From Candidatus Latescibacterota bacterium (GTDB lineage: Bacteria; Latescibacterota; UBA2968; UBA8231): a stretch of DNA of 64,000 nucleotides. Both the position numbers and the translations under genes were made by a program. Position 1 is the first letter of the stretch. Every line of letters begins with the position of its first letter. Of this stretch, positions 54,305 through 63,633 are shown one piece after another. A model generated the notes under the pieces. That model was not told the DNA's origin. It did not search any database and saw nothing but the letters and a program-made list of their open reading frames with translations. The stretch spans positions 32,001-96,000 of the forward strand of contig OZ253462.1 in assembly GCA_965261395.1 (NCBI GenBank), written 5' to 3'.

Positions 54305-56086
54305 CTACTCGTATAGGTTTAACGCCTGCTGCCAATCGCTTATCTGACGCCGGCGGTCGCGGTCTGTCGCCATCTGGATGGGCCGCCCGCGGCCGTCGAG
54401 CACTAGCCCCACGACGCCACCACGCACCCGTGCATTTAGAGCTTGCCCCGGACCGGCACCCACATCCCAACGTCGCGCTGGCTGGAGCGCGACCTCGACC
54501 TCCTCACCGTCGGCCAAAGGCATCCGCTGTAGCTGGCCGACCTGCAACTGGCCGGTTCGACGCCTGCGGGGCAGGTCTATTTCGTATTGGAGGCAGACCT
54601 CGCCGTCCTTACCCTCGCCGACGGGGGCCACACAAGTGCCCAAGTAGATCAGGCAATCGCGCTCAAAAACCTCGGTGGCGGCCCGCTCGTCAACCGTCGA
54701 GAGCACCCCCAAGTGAGGCATCATAAAGATGCTATCGACCGCCAAGCGGGTGACGCCTGCGGGCTGGAAGGCATCTATGAGCATGGCGCAACTCTGCTCG
54801 CGGCGGGGCGCGTGCGAGAGTACGCCACCGCTGCCGACTAGCATGTCTAGCGCCATCATCTCGACTAAACTCTCGCCAGTGGCCTCCTGGTCAAAAACAT
54901 CGGCCAGCGTGCGCTTGCTCTGTACCCCCTTCAATCCCACCGCCAACGCCCGGTGCTGGTCAAAGGCCAAGCGCAGGGCCTCGCGGGCAATGGCTTGCTC
55001 GACTTGCAATTCCTGCATAAGCTGCGGGATGGTCGTCGGGCGGATCATCTTGTTTTTGATCCGGTCGCGGAGGTCGGCCTCCTCAATGTCAAAGGGAACC
55101 CAGCGCATGATCTGGTCGAGGCCGGCCTCGGCCAGCACGTTGGAGACGCTATAGGACATGCCGAGATTGGCACTGACCGTGCGGTTGAACACGCCGTCGA
55201 AGACGCTGAACACATCGGTCGTCGCCCCGCCGATATCCACGCCGACGACGTTGATCTCCTGCTGGCGGGCAATAGTCTGCATGATCTCGCCCACCGCCCC
55301 GGGCGTCGGCATAATCGGCGCGCTGGTCCAGTCCATCAGCTTGCGGTAGCCAGGGGCCTGCGCCATGACGTGTTCGAGGAAGAGATCGTGAATGACGTGT
55401 CGCGCCGGGTCTAGATTTTCCTCTTCGAGCACGGGGCGGATATTTTCGGTAACGGTCAGAGCCATTTTCCCTCCCAGCGCCTTTTCGACCTCCTCGCGCG
55501 CGTCCTCATTGCCCGCAAAAATGACCGGCAGTTTGAAACCCGCGCCAAAGCGAGGCTTGGGATCGGCCGCGCTGATAAATTCGGCCAGTTCGACCACATG
55601 GCTGACGGTGCCGCCATCCGTGCCGCCCGCCAGCAGCACCATATCGGGGCGCAATTGGCGAATGCGCTCTATTTTTTCGTGCGGCAAGCGCCCGTCGTTG
55701 GCGGCAAGCGCGTCCATGACGATCGCCCCGGCACCCAAGGCGCAGCGCTGGGCGCTCTCGCCGGTCATCGCCAGCACTACGCCGGCCACCACCATCTGCA
55801 ACCCACCGCCAGCACTGCTCGTCGAGATGTAGATATCGACCCCGACATCGCCGTCTGCCGGAGTGATAATCCGCTCGCCATCGAGAATCTGCCGCCCGGA
55901 AAGCTCCTCGACCTCTTGAATGGCGTTGAGTACCCCCCGGGTGACGTCCTCAAAAGGGGCCTCGACCGTGGTTGGGGCCTCGCCGCGAAAGGTCTGGCGA
56001 TACCCTTCGTCCTTCTTTTCGATCAGGATCGCCTTGGTCGTGGTACTGCCGCAGTCGGTGGCGATAACTACGTTGAGGTCATCCAT
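54305..56086 (-). CDS. GlmL (glutamate mutase L)-like actin/ASKHA-fold ATPase with a C-terminal extension
   Basis: Phosphate-1 DCGSTTTK, SSAGGGL, LLAGGTDGG, MPTPGAV, phosphate-2 DIGGATTDVFS, GSGGVLS. The ATG at 56086 overlaps the upstream stop. Confidence 0.85.
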   Translation of the reverse strand: MDDLNVVIATDCGSTTTKAILIEKKDEGYRQTFRGEAPTTVEAPFEDVTRGVLNAIQEVEELSGRQILDGERIITPADGDVGVDIYISTSSAGGGLQMVVAGVVLAMTGESAQRCALGAGAIVMDALAANDGRLPHEKIERIRQLRPDMVLLAGGTDGGTVSHVVELAEFISAADPKPRFGAGFKLPVIFAGNEDAREEVEKALGGKMALTVTENIRPVLEEENLDPARHVIHDLFLEHVMAQAPGYRKLMDWTSAPIMPTPGAVGEIMQTIARQQEINVVGVDIGGATTDVFSVFDGVFNRTVSANLGMSYSVSNVLAEAGLDQIMRWVPFDIEEADLRDRIKNKMIRPTTIPQLMQELQVEQAIAREALRLAFDQHRALAVGLKGVQSKRTLADVFDQEATGESLVEMMALDMLVGSGGVLSHAPRREQSCAMLIDAFQPAGVTRLAVDSIFMMPHLGVLSTVDERAATEVFERDCLIYLGTCVAPVGEGKDGEVCLQYEIDLPRRRRTGQLQVGQLQRMPLADGEEVEVALQPARRWDVGAGPGQALNARVRGGVVGLVLDGRGRPIQMATDRDRRRQISDWQQALNLYE

Positions 56087-56414
56087 GCTTTTGGCTTTCG
56101 CGCTGGGCAATAGCCTCTGCGAGCAAGTCTATGCTCTGGCGTCGCTCCAACATGTGCGTAAAGCGCTGGTACTCGTCGCGCGAAAAAACCAGCGTGGCAA
56201 ACGGGGCTAAAAAGGTCAGGGCTTGGCTGCCCAAAAAGTTGAGGGGGCGACAAGCCTCCAGCGCCATGGACGCGGCCGCTCCCATGCGGCGACGCACTAT
56301 AAACTCGGCCAGCCGCTCGGCCAGCGCGCGCTCGTCCTCAGACCAACCCACCTCTGGGTCTTCAAGGGCGAAAGCGTGCCGCCACTGCGTTTTTAAGCTA
56401 TTGACTTGGAACAT
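56079..56414 (-). CDS. Small conserved hypothetical protein
   Basis: Overlaps both neighbours. Motif IVRRRM...LEACRPLNFLGSQAL. Confidence 0.75.
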   Translation of the reverse strand: MFQVNSLKTQWRHAFALEDPEVGWSEDERALAERLAEFIVRRRMGAAASMALEACRPLNFLGSQALTFLAPFATLVFSRDEYQRFTHMLERRQSIDLLAEAIAQRESQKHG

Positions 56415-56814
56415 GGCACCGGACGAAGCGCGCAACTTCTTCGCGGTTTTGATCGCACCGCAAAAAGACGCCGCGAAAAGAGTCCAGCCGACCCGGGCGG
56501 GCGGACGGACGCAAAAAAATGCCGTCCCGATGCTCGTCTGCTCGACGGAATTCCGCCCAAGAACGACGCTGTTTAAGGCCGAGATGTTCGCTGCTTATCC
56601 CTTCGCCGTCGAGCGCGTAGCGCGTAGCAAAGAAATAGCGCGACAGCGAGACCGTCAAGGTTCCCAGTGAGAACACCCCATAAAACCAATGCTCAAAACC
56701 AAACGCCGCCGCCGCTGAGGAAGCGACGATGAGCGCGACTAGCAGCATCGACTTGGCCGGTTTCTCCCGGCGCAGGGGGTGACTCTCCCAGCGGAGAGCG
56801 TCTGCGGAGGACAC
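56398..56814 (-). CDS. Small two-TM membrane protein with a PH-like C-terminal domain
   Basis: LRWESHP, two hydrophobic segments, RRSWAEFRR, RLDSFRGVFLR. Confidence 0.72.
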   Translation of the reverse strand: MSSADALRWESHPLRREKPAKSMLLVALIVASSAAAAFGFEHWFYGVFSLGTLTVSLSRYFFATRYALDGEGISSEHLGLKQRRSWAEFRRADEHRDGIFLRPSARPGRLDSFRGVFLRCDQNREEVARFVRCHVPSQ

Positions 56815-56826
56815 GGACGCTCCCTA

Positions 56827-58662
56827 TTAGTACATCTGCTCTTCCTGCGCGACCCACCAGTCTTGCAAGCGGACGCCGGGGGGATACCAAGTGACGCCGC
56901 TGAAGCGCCGACTATAGGCGTAGGACGAGCGCGACTTCCACATGAAGGTGTACGGCTGTTCTTCGTGTAGGATCTCCTGAAAGCGGCGATAGAGCTCGAT
57001 GCGCTTGTCCACGTCGAACTCGCGGCGGTAGGTCTCCAAGATGTTGTCCACTTCGTCGTTGATAAAGCTCACGTGGTTGGAGCCGTTTTTTATTGCTTGG
57101 GAGGAATGCCAGATCTGGTAGCCGTCGGGAGCAAAGCGCAGGCTGCCGGTCCAGCCCAACACCGTTGCATCGAAATCCTTGCTCTTGACCTTTTGCAGGA
57201 AGATCGACCAGTCTAGCTCGCGCACTTGGCAGTCAATGCCGATATCCTGCAGCTCGTATTGGACCGTCAGGGCGATGTCTTTGCGGAGCTGGTTGCCCGA
57301 GTTGATCAAGATCTCAAAGCTAAATGGCACCAGTTCCCCATCGATGGTCTTGTCGAGAATACCGTCCTCGTCGGCGTCCGCCCAGCCAGCCTCCGCCAGC
57401 AGGTCGAAGGCCCGATCGGGATCATACACGTACGGCACGAGGTCGTGGTTGTATTCGGGGCGGAACTTGTTGATCGGCCCCTCCACCGTCTCGGCCAAGC
57501 CGAACATGATGTTCTCTACCATACCCTCGCGGTCGGTCAAATAGGTCATGGCCTGACGCACTCGCTTGTCGCCGAAGATCGGATGATTGTTGTTCCACCC
57601 TATGTATATATAGCCGCTGGAATAGCTAACGCCTTTGAGGAAGTGGCGGTTAAAGTCGTCGGACCAACTCTTTTCCTTGAACTCCAGCGGGCGCAGGGTG
57701 TGGTAGTCGAGGTGGCCGTTGGTCAACTCGATGAACGCCGCGTCGGTGTTGTTGATGATGTTAAAGACGATCTTATCGACAAAGCCGGGCGGCAGCAGCC
57801 CTTCCACATCCCGACCCCAGTAGTTTTCATTCCGCGTCAGCACGACTTTCTGCTGGGTGACCAAATCGCGCTCTGGGTCTTCGATCACGTACGGCCCCGA
57901 CCCGAGGGCTTTGCGATTGAAATTTTGGTTGAACTGTTCGGCAAAACGCTGGACCCGTTCCTGGTGCAGCCCCGCCTCCCAAGAGCCATCCACCAAGCTC
58001 TTGAACTCGACCGGGTCCATCAGCCCCTCCGGATCGTAGAAATGCTTAGGCAGGATGGAGAAGCCGCCCAAGATCAGGTCATTGCGGAAATAAGGCTCGC
58101 GGCAAAGAAAGCGGATCTTGTTGGTCTCCACGATCTGCACGTCTTGGACGGTAGCATAGTAGTTGCGCATATGCGGAGCTAGCACTCGGGGATTGTGGAT
58201 GACCTTTATGCTGAAGACGACGTCCGCAACCGTCAGTGGCTTGCCGTCTGAAAAATAAACCCCGTCGCGCAACTCAAACGTGTACGTCAGTTTGTCCGCA
58301 GCAATCTCTGGATAGCCGACGGCCACCCAACCCCGCAGGTTGTAGGGCGGATCATAGTCGGCGATGAGCAGGCTCTCGAAGATATGCTCTAGCACCCGGC
58401 TGGCGCCGGCATCGCTTGAGGTGTATGGGTTGAGTTTTTCGGGATCGGACAGCATGTGGCGCACCATCCAGTCGCCGTGGGTCGGCTCTTCGCCTCCCTC
58501 GTCGCGCAGCGGCACTTTCTCGGTGCCGTCGAGCACGACGATATCCTTGGTACTCATGAGGATTTTCTGCACCACCTCCCACGCCCCTTCCTCAGCGGCG
58601 GCATGGCCGACGACGCAGAGGCCCAACCAAGCGGCCACTATGGACATTCTAACTTTCGGCAT
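56827..58662 (-). CDS. Family 5 (oligopeptide) ABC substrate-binding protein
   Basis: DPEKLNP, YTFELRDGVYFSDGKPLTVADVVFS, GSGPY, DKRVRQAM, LLAEAGW. Confidence 0.92.
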   Translation of the reverse strand: MPKVRMSIVAAWLGLCVVGHAAAEEGAWEVVQKILMSTKDIVVLDGTEKVPLRDEGGEEPTHGDWMVRHMLSDPEKLNPYTSSDAGASRVLEHIFESLLIADYDPPYNLRGWVAVGYPEIAADKLTYTFELRDGVYFSDGKPLTVADVVFSIKVIHNPRVLAPHMRNYYATVQDVQIVETNKIRFLCREPYFRNDLILGGFSILPKHFYDPEGLMDPVEFKSLVDGSWEAGLHQERVQRFAEQFNQNFNRKALGSGPYVIEDPERDLVTQQKVVLTRNENYWGRDVEGLLPPGFVDKIVFNIINNTDAAFIELTNGHLDYHTLRPLEFKEKSWSDDFNRHFLKGVSYSSGYIYIGWNNNHPIFGDKRVRQAMTYLTDREGMVENIMFGLAETVEGPINKFRPEYNHDLVPYVYDPDRAFDLLAEAGWADADEDGILDKTIDGELVPFSFEILINSGNQLRKDIALTVQYELQDIGIDCQVRELDWSIFLQKVKSKDFDATVLGWTGSLRFAPDGYQIWHSSQAIKNGSNHVSFINDEVDNILETYRREFDVDKRIELYRRFQEILHEEQPYTFMWKSRSSYAYSRRFSGVTWYPPGVRLQDWWVAQEEQMY

Positions 58663-58699
58663 ATTCTTCCCTTTGTACTAAGCAGCTATATCAAATCCA

Positions 58700-59620
58700 T
58701 CACACGAAGGTCAACCATCCGTGCCGATCCTCGACTTCGACGCGAATTACTGCGAAAAAGGCGTCTTGTATCTGCGCGGTGATCGGCCCGCACTGCCCAC
58801 AGCCGACCGGTACTTGGTCGACGGCGCGGATCGGCGTAATTTCGGCGGCCGTGCCGGTGAAGAACACCTCGTCGGCGATGTAGAGGAACTCGCGCGGAAT
58901 ACCGCGTTGCTCGACTCGCATTCCCAGATCGCGTATCAGGGTAATGGCGGTGTGGCGGGTAATGCCCGGCAGGATGGCAAAACACGATTCGGGCGTGTAG
59001 ATCGAGCCGTTCTTGATGACAAAGATATTCTCGCCGCTGCCTTCGCTCACCAATCCATCCGTGCCCAAGACAATGCCCTCGTCATAGCCATTAGCATTGG
59101 CTTCGATCCTCACAAGTTGTGAGTTGAGGTAGTTGCCGCCGGCCTTAGCCAAGGCGGGAAACGTATTCGGGGCCATGCGATTCCACGACGAGGTACAGAC
59201 CGAAACGCCATTTTTGAGCGCCGCCTCGCCGAGGTACTCTCCCCACTCCCAAACGGCGATCACGACATCAACCGGGCACCCCATTGGATCAACGCCTAGG
59301 TTCTCATAGCCGCGGAAGACGATCGGGCGGATATAGCAGGCCACGAGTTGGTTGACGCGGATTGTCTCGAGGATGGCCTCTCTGATTTCCTCGCGCGTAT
59401 AGGGAATTTCCATGCGGTAGATCTTGGCGGAATCAAATAGCCTGTTGACGTGCTCGTCGAGGCGGAATACAGCCGAGCCTTTCGCGGTCTTGTAACAGCG
59501 AATGCCTTCAAAGACGCTCGAGCCGTAGTGTATTACATGGGAGAGCACGTGGATCTTGGCGTCGTCCCAATCGACCAATTGGCCATTGAACCAGATTTTA
59601 TCGCATTTAGGCAGGGGCAT
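58700..59620 (-). CDS. ilvE: Branched-chain amino acid aminotransferase
   Basis: [52 protein letters not shown]. Confidence 0.96.
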   Translation of the reverse strand: MPLPKCDKIWFNGQLVDWDDAKIHVLSHVIHYGSSVFEGIRCYKTAKGSAVFRLDEHVNRLFDSAKIYRMEIPYTREEIREAILETIRVNQLVACYIRPIVFRGYENLGVDPMGCPVDVVIAVWEWGEYLGEAALKNGVSVCTSSWNRMAPNTFPALAKAGGNYLNSQLVRIEANANGYDEGIVLGTDGLVSEGSGENIFVIKNGSIYTPESCFAILPGITRHTAITLIRDLGMRVEQRGIPREFLYIADEVFFTGTAAEITPIRAVDQVPVGCGQCGPITAQIQDAFFAVIRVEVEDRHGWLTFV

Positions 59621-59697
59621 GTAGAAAATCTCCTTGGGCAAGTATGCGAATTAATTAAGGTAACACCACTGCGAAACCGTTACCAAATGTTAAGCAA

Positions 59698-61668
59698 TTA
59701 CAGCGATCGCGAATAGGTCACATTCAAGCTGTTAAACGTACCGCTGCGTTGGTGATTGCGGCTGCCTCTCAAGGTCAGCTTGTTGTCACTGCCGACCGGA
59801 TTGTAGTTAAAGTTCGCCGACAGCGTTCGGTGTCTATTGCGGCGGTTGAGGGAGCGCGACTGTGCGAGCGTGGAGTAGTCGTAATCCCACTGGCGGGCGA
59901 GCTTGTAGGTGTAGCTTACGCCGGCCGAGTAGTCGGAGCTGGGCGAGTAGGTCATGCCAAATTGGATGGAGTGTGTGGCGTTTTCCTCTTCGACAATCTG
60001 GGCACCGTTTTCCAAGATCAAAGTACCGTCATCGTCGGCCGAGTAGTTGTAGCGCGCATTGAGCGCAAGGTCGTCGAGGACCTTGCGCCGGAGCGAGTGC
60101 CCCATGCTCCAACCGCGGCGGATATTGCTTTTGCGCGACGATTCGCGGCGATTGACTTCGCGGTCGAAATCGTAAAGGGTGCGCCTCGCAGAGACGCTGA
60201 ATCGGTGCGAAAAGGACGCACCCAAACGCTCGTAATTGGTGCCGATACTGAGCGAGAGGTCGCGGTTGCGCGAGTTGTTCCCGGCGCGGGTGGCGTGCAT
60301 GTTCACGCGGTGTAAAAAGCTATTTTTGAGATCGACATTGAGCTTGGTGCCCGAGCGCAGGGTTGCGTCGTAGCTAAGGGTAACACTGTTGTTGAAGGTG
60401 TCGCGGTCCTGCTTGGGATCCCCTGGATTTTCCGAGCGTTTGATCTCGCCAAAGGTCGCCAGCCGCAGCGAGTGCGCATCGGATAGGGGCCAGTTGAGAG
60501 AGCCGTTGAGAAAGAGGTTGCGGTCGCTCAGGTCGGAGCTTGGATCGCGGCACGTTCCATCCGCCGAGCGCGTGAAGTGGCTATCACAAAGGCTGGTATC
60601 GGGTACCCTCACCGCCAGCCTTCGCATGTCGCTGCCCTTGAAGCGGACGCTAGAGTTGAAGACCAGCTTCTCGATCAGCTTGCCCGAAAGTGACGCGTCC
60701 CAGCTAAAGTTCTCGCCGAGGCGATCGGTGCCGAAGAAGCGGTTGCCTAAGTCCTGGACCGCGTTGGCGCTGTTGGTGCGCTCGTTTTGACTGTACGAGG
60801 CGCGGTTTTGTATTTTGAAGCCCCCTAGATTGAACTTCACACTGGAGGAGAAGCTAGTGCCGCGCGTTTCCGATAGCTCGGCGTTGACCATCGTGTCGCG
60901 CAGCACGGTCTCGCCGACCACGCCCTCGCTGATGGCGCGGCGCGTGAAACCTCGCTGAGAGCGGTTCTCAGACATACTCAGACCGACGCGCACCTCGCCG
61001 GGGAAGGTATAGCTCACGTTGCCGCTCAGCCGCTCGCTGCGATTCTTGTTGTGTTCGAGCGTATCGTCCGTTTTGCTCAGCGAAATCGAGTTGTTCAGCT
61101 TCTGGCTCGCAATTTTGATGTCAGGCGAGACCCTCAGCGAAGCATTATAACGGATCCCGGTCTCCTTGATGGTGCTGTCGAGGCTAGCGCGGCTAGCGCG
61201 GGTGGCCGTGATTAGGCTCGGGGTCAGGTTGGCACTCAGACTCTTGAATGGGCCGCTGCTCAACGGCTTGGACCTAAATCCAAAATTAAAGGACTGGCTG
61301 CGTGTCTTCTGCTTCTGTAGCGTTAAGTTTCGCGTGCTCATGCTGGCACCGAGGCTGATGGTGGCCTTCGGACCGAGAATAGGATAGTTGACCGAAGATC
61401 GGCCCGAGGCATTGTCCTGCCAACTCTTGCCGCCGCTGCGATCGTCGAGGGTAAACCCCATATTCGCCGATGCGTTAATCGTCAGCTTGGACGTCGAGTC
61501 CCCCACCGCCGAAAACCGCACGGGCGTCGAGTAGCTCCAGCTAGGAAATGAGTGTTTCCAAGAGGTTCGGGTGCTGTGGCGGCTGAAGTTGAGCGAGTAC
61601 TGCTGGGCATCGGCCGCCGTCCATGCGGCCAAGACGAGCCAAGCTACGTGCCACAAGACCGGCTTCAC
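59698..61668 (-). CDS. Hypothetical Ser/Arg/Asn-rich outer-membrane beta-barrel-like protein
   Basis: Signal peptide from GTG at 61668 (overlapping the rsmA stop), amphipathic strand pattern, C-terminal LNVTYSRSL. Confidence 0.6.
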   Translation of the reverse strand: MKPVLWHVAWLVLAAWTAADAQQYSLNFSRHSTRTSWKHSFPSWSYSTPVRFSAVGDSTSKLTINASANMGFTLDDRSGGKSWQDNASGRSSVNYPILGPKATISLGASMSTRNLTLQKQKTRSQSFNFGFRSKPLSSGPFKSLSANLTPSLITATRASRASLDSTIKETGIRYNASLRVSPDIKIASQKLNNSISLSKTDDTLEHNKNRSERLSGNVSYTFPGEVRVGLSMSENRSQRGFTRRAISEGVVGETVLRDTMVNAELSETRGTSFSSSVKFNLGGFKIQNRASYSQNERTNSANAVQDLGNRFFGTDRLGENFSWDASLSGKLIEKLVFNSSVRFKGSDMRRLAVRVPDTSLCDSHFTRSADGTCRDPSSDLSDRNLFLNGSLNWPLSDAHSLRLATFGEIKRSENPGDPKQDRDTFNNSVTLSYDATLRSGTKLNVDLKNSFLHRVNMHATRAGNNSRNRDLSLSIGTNYERLGASFSHRFSVSARRTLYDFDREVNRRESSRKSNIRRGWSMGHSLRRKVLDDLALNARYNYSADDDGTLILENGAQIVEEENATHSIQFGMTYSPSSDYSAGVSYTYKLARQWDYDYSTLAQSRSLNRRNRHRTLSANFNYNPVGSDNKLTLRGSRNHQRSGTFNSLNVTYSRSL

Positions 61669-62492
61669 AGCGCCCCCTTGCCCAAGCGCGAGTAGGCGTC
61701 GCCCAACTGGACGAATTCCTCTATCGACAATTCCTCCGGGCGACGCGTTAATTCGATACCCGCCTGCTGGCCTAGCTCTTCCAGCCAAGGCCGCCCGCCC
61801 TCGGGATTGAGGCCAAGGAGCGAATTGCGCAGCATCTTGCGCCGCTGGCCAAAGGCTCGGCGCACCAAGCGGTCAAAACAGCCCACGTCCTTTACTGCAT
61901 AGCGGGGCTTGGGGGCAAAGCGCAGTTCGACTACGGCCGAATCCACCGCCGGCACAGGCCGGAAGCAATCGCGCCCCACCTGCAAGTGCATCTCCACTTC
62001 GGCTCGCATAGCCACCAGCACTGACAGCAAGCTGTAATCCTTTGAACCGGGGCTAGCGATCAAGCGCTGAGCCACTTCGCGTTGGACCATGACGATGGCA
62101 CGGCTGATACAACCGGCGTGTGCGATGAGGTGAAAGATCAGCGGAGCGGTGATATTGTAGGGAAGGTTGCCGACAATCAGCAGTCGGTACCCGCCCGCAT
62201 CCCGCAGAATCTCCCCGAGATCGACTTGCAGAATATCTCCTTCGATCAAGCGCAACCTACACGCGTCTTGGCGTGCGCGCAGCAAGGCCACCAAGTCGCG
62301 GTCGATTTCCACGGCCACTAGGCGATCCACAAAAGCGAGCAGCACCTCGGTCAACGCTCCCCGGCCCGGGCCGATCTCGACGACCACCTCGCCAGCGGCC
62401 GGGCGCACCAGCCCAGCAATGGCCTCTATGACACCTCGGGCGACGAGGAAATGCTGGGCAAAGCGCCGTCGCGGTCGGTGGGCGTTTACCAA
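61665..62492 (-). CDS. rsmA: 16S rRNA m6,2A1518/1519 dimethyltransferase
   Basis: QHFL, EIGPGRGALT, GNLPYNIT, MVQREVAQR, FGQRRKMLRNSL. Confidence 0.95.
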   Translation of the reverse strand: MVNAHRPRRRFAQHFLVARGVIEAIAGLVRPAAGEVVVEIGPGRGALTEVLLAFVDRLVAVEIDRDLVALLRARQDACRLRLIEGDILQVDLGEILRDAGGYRLLIVGNLPYNITAPLIFHLIAHAGCISRAIVMVQREVAQRLIASPGSKDYSLLSVLVAMRAEVEMHLQVGRDCFRPVPAVDSAVVELRFAPKPRYAVKDVGCFDRLVRRAFGQRRKMLRNSLLGLNPEGGRPWLEELGQQAGIELTRRPEELSIEEFVQLGDAYSRLGKGAL

Positions 62493-63625
62493 CGCCGCGC
62501 CCTAGCCAAGCTGGGGTCGGGTGGAGGCACCAGCGCAGGCCCCCCACGGCGCAAGCCGCACCACAGGTCGGTCAACACCAACTGCGGATTGGCATTGTGC
62601 TCCAAGGCCTCGGCCGCACGGTCGATCTCCAAGGCGACTTGGGCAGCGTCTATCTTCTCCAGCAAGTTTTCCAAATAAGGACGCCGATCTACCTGGATGA
62701 CGGACGCATCTCGGCCGTGCGCCAACAGGAAGAGATCCCGTAGATACAGGCCGCAGACTTGCAAAAAACGCTCTAGCTGGCCCCGATCCCCCCCCAACTC
62801 TTCGAGGACGCTCCAATAGACCTCGTCTCGCTGCTCCGAGCCACCAGAGAGAAACGACTCGACCAACTGCCGCGTTCCGTCAAACGCCCCGGCAGCCACC
62901 TCTTTGGCCTGCTGCAACGAACCAGCCCCCATGCGCACGGCAAGCTCTAAGCGCTCCCCGACCACACCCTCTGATTCGAGCTGCGCCCGCAAGGTGGCCG
63001 CATCTAAGGGGTTCAAAATCATGCGCTGGCAGCGTGAGAGCACGGTGGGCAGGAGGCGCTCCGGTGCCGCCGAAACCAGCGCGACGACGGCTCGGGCCGG
63101 CGGCTCTTCTAAAAGCTTTAGCAACGAATTGGCGCCCGCTGGTTGCATCCGCTCGGCGGCGAAGATTAGGCCGACTTTGCGTGGAGATTCCGTCGGCGCA
63201 AACGCCAATTCTCTTTGCAACTGGCGCAGGTGATCAACCGCAATATTGGCGTTGCTAGGCAGAGACGCGCTCGCACCGCGAACGTACTCTACTAAGGACT
63301 CGTGCAAGTCCGCCGGTGAAGGCTTCTGCTTGCCTCGGCGAGGAGGTAGCGGCAAGGCGGTGTGGAGGTCGGGATGCATGAGCGAGGCGATCTTGCGGCA
63401 ACTCGGGCAGAGGTTGCAGGCGGAAGGGCCGCTGCCAATGCATAGCAGGGCTTTCGCCCACGCGAGCGCAAAGCGCCGTTTCCCGGTTCCCTCGGCCCCA
63501 CAGATGAGAACCGCATGGGGGATGCGGCCCGATTCGAGCCAAGCCGCGGCCACGGCCCCAGCCCGATCTCGACGAGCCAGATCGCCAAACTCCCCGGAGT
63601 GCGGGGTGCCGCCCGTGCTGTACAA
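62486..63625 (-). CDS. holB: DNA polymerase III subunit delta'
   Basis: HAVLICGAEGTGK, C4 zinc motif, HPDL, ANSLLKLLEEPP, TVLSRCQ. The exact start is uncertain. Confidence 0.9.
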   Translation of the reverse strand: MYSTGGTPHSGEFGDLARRDRAGAVAAAWLESGRIPHAVLICGAEGTGKRRFALAWAKALLCIGSGPSACNLCPSCRKIASLMHPDLHTALPLPPRRGKQKPSPADLHESLVEYVRGASASLPSNANIAVDHLRQLQRELAFAPTESPRKVGLIFAAERMQPAGANSLLKLLEEPPARAVVALVSAAPERLLPTVLSRCQRMILNPLDAATLRAQLESEGVVGERLELAVRMGAGSLQQAKEVAAGAFDGTRQLVESFLSGGSEQRDEVYWSVLEELGGDRGQLERFLQVCGLYLRDLFLLAHGRDASVIQVDRRPYLENLLEKIDAAQVALEIDRAAEALEHNANPQLVLTDLWCGLRRGGPALVPPPDPSLARARRW

Positions 63626-63633
63626 TCCAATCC

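Noticed and set aside
54305-56086. Reading the gene as mismatch-repair mutL or as part of a glutamate mutase operon
   Set aside because: The motifs are actin/ASKHA type, not GHKL, and no mutase subunits are in the window.
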